Notes under the pieces: generated by a model | Told to the model about the DNA's origin: nothing | The model's database searches: none | What the model saw: only the letters and a program-made list of their open reading frames with translations | Position numbers and translations under genes: made by a program | Shown: one piece after another, positions 1-10,741 of the stretch | Numbering within the stretch: position 1 is the first letter of the stretch | How the letters are laid out: every line of letters starts with the position of its first letter | DNA from: Octopus sinensis | Lineage: Eukaryota | Direction of reading: 5' to 3' | Length of the DNA: 64,000 bases | NCBI RefSeq assembly: GCF_006345805.1 | Contig: NC_042997.1 | Location: forward strand, 177,072,001 to 177,136,000

Positions 1-28
1 TATCTGTGACGGTACAAGAAGAAGGAAA

Positions 29-257
29 GGCGGCGAGCTGGCAGAAACGTTAGCACGCCGGGCGAAATGCTTAGCGGTATTTCGTCTGCGTTACGTTGTG
101 AGTTCAAATTCCGCCGAGGTCGACTTTGCCTTTCGTCCTTTCGGGGTTGATAAATTAAGTACCAGTTACGCACTGGGTCGATGTAATCGACTTAATACCT
201 ATGTCTGTCCTTGTTTGTCCCCTCTGTGTTTAGCTCCTTGTGGGTAATAAAGAAATA
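29..257 (+). mobile_element. tRNA-derived SINE group A, full-length young copy
   Basis: A-box-like TGGCAGAAACGTTAG, B-box GAGTTCAAATTCC, GTCGATGTAATCGAC hairpin, 3' end AAAGAAATA. 13-bp TSD GGTACAAGAAGAA at 11-23 and 258-270. Many homologous copies in the window. Confidence 0.9.
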
Positions 258-468
258 GGTACAAGAAGAAAGAGGAGCAGGAGAAGGAGAATGAGGAGAA
301 TAATGATAATAATAATAATAATAATATGAAGAAGAGAAAGAAGAGGAGGAGGAACTACTACTATACAAGTACGTTACATCGGTTATACACTGGTCTTAGC
401 TATGTGCAATATAACGGAGTTTAAAACTAGGAGCGAATCAAAATGATTGTAATATATTGATTTCAAAA

Positions 469-872
469 GGCGGCGAGCTAGCAGGCACTTTAGCACGCCG
501 GGTGAAATGCTTAGCGGGTTTTTCGTCTGTCTTTTCGTTCTGAGTTCAAATTCCGCCGAGGTCGACTTTGCCTTTCATGGTTTCGGGATCGATAGATTAA
601 GTACCAGTTGGGGAGGGGAGTCGATTAAATCGATCCCGCCTCCCACAAAATTTGGGGCGTTGTGCCTAGAATAGAAAGGAACATATTGGTTTCAAACTGT
701 GGCACAAGGCAGGGGCTAAGTCGATTACATCGACCCCAGAGCTCAACTGGTACTTATTCTCCCAATCCGGAAAGGCTGAAAAGCAAAGTCGACTTTGGCA
801 GAATTTGAACTCAGAACAAAGACGGACGAAATGCCGCTAAGCATTTTGCTCGGCGTGCTAGCGATTCTGCCA
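469..872. mobile_element. Two older SINE-A-related copies (469-680 plus, ~688-872 minus)
   Basis: Same head (GGCGGCGAGC...GAGTTCAAATTCCGCCGAGGTCGAC) with an older 3' end (GGGGAGGGG...AAATTTGGGGCGTTGTGCCTA). Confidence 0.8.
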
Positions 873-904
873 GCTTGCTGTCTTAATGTTTGTAATAGAT
901 TAAT

Positions 905-1314
905 ATATATTTCTTTATTGCCAAACAGGGGGCTAAACATAGAGGGGACAAACAAAGGGTTTAAGCTGATTACACCGACCCCAGTGTGTAACTGGTACTT
1001 ATTTAATCGACCCCGAAAGTGTGAAAAGTAAAGTCGACCTCGGCGGAATTTGAACTCAGAACGTAGCGGCAGACGAAATACCTATTTCTTTACAGCCCAC
1101 AAGAGGTTACACACAGAGGGGACAAGCAAGGACAGACAAACGGATTAAGTCGACTATATCGACCCCAGTCCGTAACTGGTACTTAATTTATCGACCTCGA
1201 AAGGATGAAAGGCAAAGTCGACCTCGGCGGAATTTGAACTCAGAACGCAGCGGCGGACGAAATACCACAAAGCATTTCGCCCGGCGTGCTAACGTCTCTG
1301 CCAGCTCGCCGCCC
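905..1314 (-). mobile_element. Tandem SINE-A dimer (full copy plus head-truncated copy)
   Basis: Reverse complement of SINE-A twice. The junction at 1071-1092 reads TAAAGAAATAGGTATTTCGTCT on the minus strand. Confidence 0.9.
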
Positions 1315-1321
1315 TAAATAT

Positions 1322-1439
1322 TAATATATTAATATAAATCATTCGTGTAATATAATATATTAATATAAATCATTAGTGTGATATAATATATTAATATAAA
1401 TCACTCGTAATGTAATATATTAATATAAATCACTCGTAC
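1322..1439. repeat. ~31-bp AT-rich minisatellite, 4 units
   Basis: TAATATATTAATATAAATCA(T/C)T(C/A)GT repeated at 29-31-bp spacing. Confidence 0.9.
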
Positions 1440-1589
1440 ATCCTGATGAAGACTTTTCAGCTTGCGGTGAACAGTTTTTATCAGGATGTCTGTGTTGTTG
1501 AAATTTTACGTGCTACGCCTTTCACGTATCGAAAATATTATTACTAAGGAGGATTTAACGATCAGACGAGAATCGCGAAATGGTGGCAA

Positions 1590-2660
1590 AACTCAGAATT
1601 ACCTCGTCTATGATGAAGGTTCAGTTTCTACTTCCGTCTTTTCCCGGTAATATATTCTTCACATCGGCTATTAATGAATATCTTGAAGAATGATGGAATC
1701 TGTCTGCTTGATTTGACCTCCATCAAGGAATATGAGAAATTTATGAATTTTCAATCTTAGTCTTATCTATTATCTTCGCTTTCCTTCTTATGGATTGCTT
1801 TCGAGATCATTAATTATTGCTTTTATGCATTGAGTTTGTTTATTATATTTCTATGATATACTTTGCGTCCATAAAATGCATCCGGAAGCTTTGTAAAGGC
1901 TATTCAGCTTCTTTGTGATCGCTCATGCTGCTAAAAGTAATAGCTGAATCTCTTTCATATCTCATAATACTGTCTTACAAAAGGAAATACATACTGGATA
2001 ATATAGTAGATACATAAAAGGACGAAATAGTCTATTGTGGGACGCCTTTTGGTAATAAGTCTGCTGTATGAAAAGTAACCCAGAGATACGTGGAACATAC
2101 GCTGATATATCTTATAGCTAATAGTATAATCTTGAATGGCTACTGAAGTAGTCTTTACGTATATAAACACCTATAATTTATACACGACAATAAATATACT
2201 TGTTGTGTTGGAAGGTTGACATCGCACTCGGTTCTTTCAATATTGCAACAATAGTTTAGTATTGTGCAAATATCTTGAAAGCATTTGAATTTTATTTTCC
2301 TTTTGACCACTCGATGTATTTGTTTGGAAAATAATTATAATATTGAACAACATCCAAAGTACGATATGAATTTACACAATGTCAATGCGATGGGCGTCAT
2401 ATGTTTAATAATTCTTATCCCTGGTTTCTTTTTTCCTAAATTAGTCGGAAGTGGGGTGGAGAATACTTTCAGACTCATGAAACGTTCATATTGAATTTCT
2501 GTTGGCAGACAACTATAGCAAAGGGAGGTAGGGGTGACTGTTGTTCTGGGATGAAATTATCGAACAAAATGTACGGTTCATTGTCTGAAAGTTGGAATAG
2601 AACAGACACAACGAAAAGAGGAGAGTGGAGTTGTATAGAATGAACCAGGTTACGAATGGT
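1590..2660 (-). pseudogene. Decayed, intronless telomerase-RT (TERT)-like sequence
   Basis: Collinear motif-like peptides across frameshifts and stops: FVTWFILYNSTLLFS..SNFQTMNRTF (T motif), HFRLI/KKPGIRIIKHM (1/2), FQDICTILNY, IYVKT (A), TYYQK/KGVPQ..VSTILSSMYF (B'), IMRYERD (C-like), QADRFHH and RN*TFIIDEVI (CTE-like). Confidence 0.45.
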
Positions 2661-3050
2661 ATGTAACTAGCTTGTTTAGAGGACCAGGAGCAGTTCTTAG
2701 GAATGGAGACAGAAGGGACGATATATCTGTGAGCTAATGGTTTTGTCATGTTGGTGATGGAATCTTTGCTAATAATCTTAGTAGCAGTTATTTTGGATGT
2801 AGTCTAAGATATTAGTGCGTATATTAGCAACATCGTTCCAGATATATGAACATTAATTAGAAATTATCAGTTTCTAACTTTGTTAGAAACTAATCAAAGC
2901 TAAATTAATTTTCTATATCATTTGAACTCAACAACGATAAAATCTATACGGCTATTGTAGAGAGCAGTTTATTTTTAAAGATATTTAACACATGCGCACA
3001 CGGAAATTATAGACTTATTTTTTAATGAAATTATTACTGAATATTTTTCT

Positions 3051-3052
<2 letters not shown>

Positions 3053-3101
<49 letters not shown>
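3053..3101. repeat. (TA)n microsatellite
   Basis: Direct reading. Confidence 0.98.
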
Positions 3102-3104
<3 letters not shown>

Positions 3105-3224
3105 AAGACTGATATAACACACTGTCATATTATTAAAATATTTTGTTTATGAAAATTGTGAACTATATTTTAAACAGAAACGATAGTCATAATTTGGGTA
3201 GTGAGCCTAATTCATTACGCGCAT

Positions 3225-3890
3225 TAAAACCACTTTCTGCTGAGCCTTGCGTCTCTTTAGTGTGCGACCGCTCGATTAAACTCCAGTATTTTCTGGTCCT
3301 TGGGTGCCTTTTGTGTTTCAACATCTGGTTTAATTTCGCCACCTCTTGGTCCTTAGTTGCGTTTAATGTGGTATCACCCGTTTTACTAGGGTGATACCCT
3401 ACTAGCATCGGGCTCACGATTATGAGGCAGCGAGTTCGATTCCCAAATCGGTATGTGTGTTGTGTTCATGAGAAAGACACCTTATATTTTTTCACGTTGC
3501 TCCTGTTCACTCAGCTGCAGAAATGAATTGTAATGTCACCCTTGGATAACATCGTGGTATGCAGTGAGGAGGTTCGTATGCATCGGCGACTGCTGGCCTC
3601 CCATAAACAATCTTGCCCCTATTTGTGCCTCGGAGGGTAACTTTCTAGGTACAGTCCTATGCTCATTCATGACTGAACGGGGTCTTTACTCTTTACTCTT
3701 TATTCCTTTACCCGATTTAACACTACCATTTCTTGGTCCTTGAGTAACTTTAGTGTATCATCACTCGGACAAACCTCGCATCGGTTGGTCCTTTGATACT
3801 TTAATGCGCCATCCCTTAGTTTAAGCCCACCACCTATTATGCGCCATTACTCTCTTTAGTTGGACTCTGGGTGCTTTAGTAGAATTCACT
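3225..3890 (-). repeat. Degenerate ~55-bp tandem repeat (about 6 units) split by a SINE
   Basis: Recurring CTTGGTCCTT...TTTAGTG. Minus-strand units read TLKRRKAQQKVVLM, TQKAPKDQKILEFN, TTLNATKDQEVAKLN, DTLKLLKDQEMVVLN. Confidence 0.55.
3385..3705 (+). mobile_element. SINE group C, old copy
   Basis: Homologous to 19279-19617 (TTCACGTTGCTCC.GTTCACTCAGCTG, GGCGACTGCTGG, GAGGGTAACT.TCTAGGT). (CTTTA)n-like tail. Confidence 0.75.
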
Positions 3891-4051
3891 TTCTTGCAAG
3901 CATTCAGATCAAATTTCCAGTCTGTGGATAACGCAGTATTTTGATTCACTGCTTCCATCTGTACCTTTTTATGTTTAGTATTACTATTTGTCCAGCGTTT
4001 CAGAGAGAAGAGGTTTACCAGTGGAAGAATGCTCCAAATAGGGGAGAGGAA

Positions 4052-4200
4052 TTGACTCCTAACTTCGCATGAATAGCGTCTATTTACTGGATTGTTCACA
4101 TACGGCAATCGACTTCCAATTGTGCTACTTACAGACATTGACGTAGGAGTGTAGCAGCAAATCTTGCGTCGTCATGAATCCGCTGTTCCTTCACCAGTCT
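4052..4200 (-). mobile_element. Mariner fragment (transposase C-terminal region)
   Basis: About 90% identical by eye to 6391-6539 of the complete mariner. Confidence 0.85.
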
Positions 4201-4239
4201 CGTAAGATCTATGAATATTTATTGGTATGTTACCCTTGA

Positions 4240-5020
4240 TATTTTGATGAAATCACTCAACAATAGTAATGAAAAGAACATCAGCATTACTACCAACAGT
4301 AGCAACATAACTAGCAACAACAGTCACCAGTTATTTACTCGAGAATAGTAATATTCAAATTGACTTTAACATAATACTAAACACATTTTATTTCAGAACT
4401 AACAGCATACTACTCGGTTAACTACTAGTATCATTGACTTGCGTAACATTAGTTACACCAGTTACATTAGGTAATGTAAAAATTATTCATTTTGCTAACA
4501 CTAAAAGCAATTAGTTGCTAGGCTGATTAATCTTATTAGTTATTTCAGTAACACTTATGACATAAGTTATTCGGCGAATTAATAACAGTACTTATGAAGA
4601 AATCACTAATAACGTTGGTTAATTGTTTAGTTAACATCATTGGTTACTTTGGCAACACAAACAGCTATAGCTGTTTGGGTAACACTAATACAATTTAATT
4701 ACTCTTTTAATGGGTTAACTAATTGATCAGATAACAGTTTCAACTATTTTCTCAAATTAATTTTGATTTTCGGTCGAATAATGTAAAATCATAACGTTCA
4801 GTGAACATGTCGGCTTAAATTTTATTGGATATGATGTTGAGAGAAATAACGCAGACGATAGCGACTACAATGAGGTTTGAAACTGATAATGAATATAAGA
4901 GTGATGAGAGCTATGATGCTTTATAATGATAAAGGAACTAATGAAGATAATGGTGATCAGAGGTTTACTGATATTTCTGTTTATGTGGACGTCAAAGACG
5001 ACGACGATGATAATGATGTA
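4240..5020 (+). other. Decayed 27-bp Asn/Ser/Thr repeat block plus acidic tail, copy 1
   Basis: 9-codon units such as ISYFSNTYD, IGYFGNTNS, YSCLGNTNT, then EHVGLNFIGYDVERNNADD and a D/E/N-rich stretch. Many stops and frameshifts. Confidence 0.45.
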
Positions 5021-5044
5021 GTGTTACCCATGTAACTACATATG

Positions 5045-5084
<40 letters not shown>

Positions 5085-5386
5085 GTAATAAAACGAACGG
5101 TTTGCGCCTGGTAGCTTACTGGTAAAGCACGGTCACTTTTCACTGTGATCGTTATGTTAATGCTTTTCTCGCTGGGTTGTGTGTTCGTTTCTATTTTTGC
5201 CATCTGTGATTTCATTTTTGATTTATATAAATGTAGATATTTCCTCCGTCCGGCTGCTTTTCTTTCTACAAAACATTTACAAAACAGTTACATTGTGGAA
5301 CAGATGTTTTAACAAGTTGCATTTATTTATCACTCGACGAGATTCATCTGCACCACCGGATGCTCCTGAACCAGTTGTTGAGTGTT

Positions 5387-5434
5387 CCACTCGTGAGGAA
5401 TCGATACTAGATGCGTCGAAACAATTGTCGTGAT
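5387..5434 (+). ncRNA. Degenerate Penelope-type hammerhead remnant
   Basis: (G)UGAGGA...GAAA-CAAUUG-UC with a palindromic helix III. C3 is mutated and helix II is poorly paired. Confidence 0.35.
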
Positions 5435-5485
5435 TAATAATAAATTCTCGTTAATTCCATCTTTCATCTTTCATCTTTCATTTGC

Positions 5486-5590
5486 CATACATACACACAT
5501 ACATACATACATACATACAAACATACATACATACTACATACATACATACATACATACATACATACATACATACATACATACACACATATA
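5486..5590. repeat. (ACAT)n microsatellite
   Basis: Direct reading. Confidence 0.95.
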
Positions 5591-5715
5591 TATGTATAAT
5601 TAGGGCGCATGGCCTAGTGGTTGGGGTGTTACACTCACGATCGCTAGATCGTGGTTTGAAATACACACACACACACATATATATTCACGCATGCACACAC
5701 AGGCATATATATACG

Positions 5716-5851
5716 ATGGTCTGCCAACCGATTCTGCTCACAAGGTTCTGGTAGGCCAGGTGTTATATTAGAAGACACTTGCCCAAAGTGCCATGAGGTA
5801 TACTGAACCCGGAACTACGTGGATGGAAAGCAAGCTTCTTACCATACTGCC
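5716..5851 (-). mobile_element. SINE group B head (CORE-like), old copy
   Basis: GAAGACACTTGCCCAAAGTGCCA...CTGAACCCGGAAC...GCAAGCTTCTTACCA matches the reverse complement of 63827-63988. Confidence 0.75.
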
Positions 5852-6059
5852 ACTTTTCTTACTTGGTTAGTTGCTCAACATGAGCAGCAGTAGTTAAGTG
5901 GGTAGCATTAATAGTATTTTATTGTGTCTCGGGAGGGTCATTCTCTTTTAGTGATTTATTACTTAACACACTCATCGGTTTGATTTCCACTCATTTACTT
6001 ATTTATGTATTCTAAAATTTTCGTTGCGTTTTGCAACCTTTTCAATTGTCGTTGACTCT

Positions 6060-8830
6060 AACAATATTAGTGAGAAAAATAATACAATTGGTGTTAGCAA
6101 ATTGGGCTACGCTAAAAGCTGTAGATGCCTTGGTAATACAAATAGCATTTATGAGTTGGATAGTACCAATAGCATTAGTTAACTGGGCATTGCAATTAGC
6201 ATTAGTTAGTCGAATAACACTAAAATTATTAATGACCTGTAGGGACACTGTATTTTGTTATGCAACTATAGTATACTACAAAGTACGAGGAGTGTATGGA
6301 AAGTCTTGAGCCTCAAAAAAGAAAAAAGAAAAAAAGAAACAAAAAACAAAACTTGGTACAAGACTTCTGATGATTTATTTTTCAACATATTGACTCCTAA
6401 CATCGCATGTATAGCGTCTATTTTCTGGATGGTTCACATACGATAATCGACTTCTAGTTGTGCTACTTACAGGCATTGACTTAGGAGTCTAGCAGCAAAC
6501 CTTGAGTCGTCATGAATCCGCTGTTCCTTCACCAGTCTGTTCTTTCTCCAGCGGCGTAGAAGGACTCCAAGAAACTTCCTACAGCGTCTATGACGTCATT
6601 GTCGCTGGAAAAATGGCGACCAGCCAGGACTTTTTTCACTTTTGGAAATAGATGAAAGTCAGAGGGGGCTAAGCCTGGTGAATAAAGCGGATGGGGAACA
6701 AGTTCGTAGCCACAATCACGAATTGTTGCCATGGCAACCACAAGTGTGGGCTGGAGCATTGTCGTGATGAAAAAGGACTCCTCTGGTGAGCAATCCTGGC
6801 CTTTTTCTTTGATTGCTTCCTGGAGGCATTACGGTAGCTGGGAATAATACATCCCTGTCACGGTGTGACACCTTTCAAGGTAATCTATCAGCAAGACACA
6901 TTGAGAATCATAAAAAAACGGACGCCATGACCGTGCCAGCTTAAGGAATGATCCTGGTCTTTGGGGTAGAAGATATGTGCTTCCACTACTTTGATTGTTC
7001 TTTGGTTTCAGGCTGATACTGACGAACCCAACTTTCGTCCATAGTAATGAAACAAGCAAGAAAATTCTCTTAGTCGGCTTCAAACAGTTTCAGATTGCTC
7101 GTGGACAAAGTGCACCTGGTGCATTTCTGTTCATGAGTCAAAAGGCGAGGGACCCACCTTGCAGAAACCTTCGAGAGCCCAAGTTCTTTTGTCACAATGT
7201 TGTCTGCTCTTTCATTTGAGATGCCCAGTCTCTCGGCTATCTGTCGACATGATATTCGGCGATCTTGCATTATCATACCAATAATACGGTCAAGGTTGTC
7301 CTTGGTCGTTACATTTGGAGGGCTCCCTGGTCTGGGATCATCTTCCATGCTTGAATTCATTTACTCAGCGTTTGGCTGTTGCATATGAAGGAGCATTGTC
7401 TGTTAAGGTTCTTACCGTATATTCATGGGTTTCTGATGGAGTCATGCCTTTTAAATGAAAGTACTTTATGACAGCACGATACTCAGTTTTCTCCATTTTC
7501 TTTGTAACCTCGACACTTGTTTATTCAAAATCTGCAAAAAAAAAAGAAAAAGAAAAAATATTAGAATCATGAAAATGAGCAAAAATACTCCGAAAAGACT
7601 GTACTTACCAGAAAAAAATTGTTTCAGCTATCTAGCAGCCCCGTTTCTAGGTTAGGCTTAAAGCTTTTCATACACCCTTCGTACATTAAACGCTTTTATA
7701 AGTCAATACTGTGTTCTACTGTGTTCGCAGTGCTACTAAATCACTTGTCAAGGTTTTCTCTACAGATTTTCAATAGAAATTATAGCTAGCGCTGATTTTG
7801 TTCGTCATCCGAGTAGGCCTAATGTTTAACAACAGTGAGATCGAAAATGAAAAACGAATAATGGGTGTATAAGCCATACATATATCAGGAGTTTTTGCTC
7901 CTTCATTAGCCCTCATCAAACCCATTAACCACCCACTAATACATTGCTTACATAGTAAGTAAATATATAGCGATGTAACATCATTGGACATAGCAATTTT
8001 ACTCATCGAACACATTCCTAGAAGCTGGTACGCAAATATTAATGACTTGCTGCGACAATAGCATTAGTTACTTGGGTATCACTACTAGCTAGTTAGTTTG
8101 GTAACTACTATAATCTAGTTCTGTTATTGCTTTAGCCAGAGAACGATTTTCAACTAATATTTCATTTTACCTTATTCGAGTAAAGTAAAATGTTCACAGT
8201 GAAATATTGAGCTTGTTAATTTAATTGGATATGACATTAACAGAAATAATACTGACGTTGATGGCCCTCAACGAGGACTGCCTATCACAATGAAGTTGGC
8301 AGTAATGAGAACGATGCTGAAAAGGGTGTTAATGATGAGAGTGTACATGATGAGGAAGATGATGATGAAGAAGATGATACCGAGGAAGATGATGCCGAGG
8401 AAGATGACGATGATGATGACGACGACAATGATGAATCTATCAAGGTAATGCTATGCATGATGATGACGTTTATAATTATAATAAGGATGATAATGATATG
8501 ATGATGACGACGGCGACTTCGACAATGATGATGATTATGAAGAAGGAGGAAATTATGATTACGACGAGGATGCTGTAGGTGTTAACGACAGTGATGATGG
8601 TTATAATGATGATGATGATGATGATGATGATGATGTGCACGTGGTAATGGTGATGATGACGATAATGATAATGATGATGATAACAATGATGACGATGATG
8701 AAACAGGAGTAAAGAAGGTGATGTGGGTGTTCGTGGTAGGGAACCGACAATAATGTTGGTTATAACAAGCGATGATGATAACGATGATGACCACAACGAC
8801 GATGCGGATGGTGATTACAAGATGTATTTA
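6060..8830 (+). other. Decayed 27-bp repeat block plus long Asp-rich tail, copy 2, interrupted by the mariner
   Basis: 27-bp spacing at 6114/6141/6168/6195/6222 (CRCLGNTNS, IYELDSTNS). The repeats resume after 7690 (ISYLGITTS). Then IELVNLIGYDINRNNTDVD and frameshifted D/E-rich tracts at 8283-8830. Confidence 0.45.
6284..7683 (-). mobile_element. Near-full-length mariner (DD34D) transposon with a disrupted transposase
   Basis: ~30-bp imperfect TIRs (TACGAGGAGTGTATGGAAAGTCTTGAGCCT vs reverse complement TACGAAGGGTGTATGAAAAGCTTTAAGCCT) with TA ends. Motifs WVPRLLT, HHDNAPAH, HPLYSPGLAPSDFHLF and terminal YVEK*. Stops and frameshifts. Confidence 0.95.
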
Positions 8831-9244
8831 TAGGTCTGTACATAAAGAAAAACTTAGTGCATCGGTGAAGCGATTCGGCGAACTGCGTTTCAATTTCCGC
8901 TCACAGCAATTTTACGATATTTTAAGTGTCTCATCTCCTTTTATAACGGCATGAATGTCACAACTACTATAGGTTACATACCCACCTAGATAAACCAACA
9001 GGAAACTGCATCAGCGTCTATTCAATGGGATATTCAGACAACCATAGCAAGTTAAGACCGGAACCGGACATGATTAAATGACAGAGACGATTTAACCGAC
9101 TATAAATCGTTCCTCTCCCTCACCCCAAACAACACCAAGATCGCAACAAAATGCGTAGTCACGTGGCTAAATGAGAAATCATTATAACTATTACTACTGT
9201 AATTGATAGAATCAGTAGGGCCGACTGACAAAAATGCCTTGTGT

Positions 9245-9580
9245 TGGGGTGGTGAATTGGCAGAACGTTAAAGCTTCAATCAAATTCCTTTAGTCCGAGC
9301 TTTTATGTTCTGAGTTCAAATCCCGCCAAGGTAAACTTTACCCCTCATTCTTCTGGAGTCCACAAAATAAAATACAAGACACCTACGTTTCCAATGTGTG
9401 GCCTCTTGCCTATGTCAGAAACTGTTATTTTGTTAGTTATATTCTTTTATGTTCTAAGTTCAAATCTTACTGTGGTAAAGTTTGCCTCTCATCCTTCTTG
9501 AGTAAACAGCAAAATATCTGTCAAGTAGTAGGGTCGATTTAATCCACAGATACCCTCTCTCCGAATTTGTGGCCTTGTGT
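9245..9580 (+). mobile_element. Two very old SINE-A-related remnants
   Basis: GTTCTGAGTTCAAATCCCGCCAAGG and GTTCTAAGTTCAAATC B-box-like heads. Confidence 0.6.
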
Positions 9581-9599
9581 TTTATATTATAGCGGCTGC

Positions 9600-10335
9600 T
9601 TAGTTAAAGTCTGAAAAGTCAATTCTTCATTTTCCCTTTCTCCCTCAGTTACAGCCTAAGGTTGGTGCTTATACCACTTGTTAAGAGATTTTATTTTATA
9701 ATGCTGACGTATTAACCAGTATAGATATTGGCCAACTCTGTCATATCTTGATCTATACTCTACTGGTACTAAAAATTTACATGAGAGATTAAGTGGTTCA
9801 TTGTTTCAGTTTCATCATTGCAGAATCGGCACTTTGGATCAACTCCATTTTTCATCACATTGGCTTTGTAGTTCCGGATCAATAAGCTTTGATCTTGAAG
9901 AACTAAGATGAAACCTTCGATCTCTGCCTTTAGCCCTAAACCTCTTACCCACTGATGGATGTCATTCTGGTCAACGCCAGCTCATTTGTTATGGGCAACA
10001 TATTTGACCAGCCCATTGTTCATGTGCATTTTTATTGCTATTAATTCAACCTTCTTCGCAACAACAGTTGCCACACTTCACTCAGGCTGTTCAGCCTGGG
10101 TATCATGCAAGAGATCTATAGCAAATATTCTAATCTCTTTCAAGACAGAATGAAGCTTTTTACGCCTCTCGTAATTCTCAACGAGCTTTAGCATCCAGTC
10201 GTTAATTGCTTCAAGATATTTGACCAGTCGAATTGCGGTGGTTTTCTATGAGAATTCAAACTGGATCATGCATTGACCTTCTAGGGCTCTCGGAAGGTAA
10301 AAGTGGTCCACGTCTGCCTTTGGGTGGTGCATTTT
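9600..10335 (-). mobile_element. Old R4/Dong-type RLE LINE fragment
   Basis: HHPKADVDHFYLPR, GLKAEIEGFILVLQDQSLLIRNY, KCRFCNDETETMNH, RYDRVGQYLYW. Confidence 0.85.
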
Positions 10336-10489
10336 TTTATAAGTCAGCATCTTAATATTCTTCTATCAATCTTATTACAAGTCAGCAGTTTAAACATTTT
10401 CTATCAAACTTATTATAAGTCAGCAGATTACGTATTAAACTGTTGAGAAAGAAGAATTCCTAACATCGGGCTACAACAAGTAACTTTAG

Positions 10490-10741
<252 letters not shown>

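Noticed and set aside
4052-4200. Mariner fragment as part of the old tandem duplication
   Set aside because: Its ~9% divergence is much lower than that of the duplicated linker, and the upstream flanks differ.
8476-8796. His-rich and Ile-rich minus-strand ORFs
   Set aside because: Antisense reading of the GAT-rich tract.
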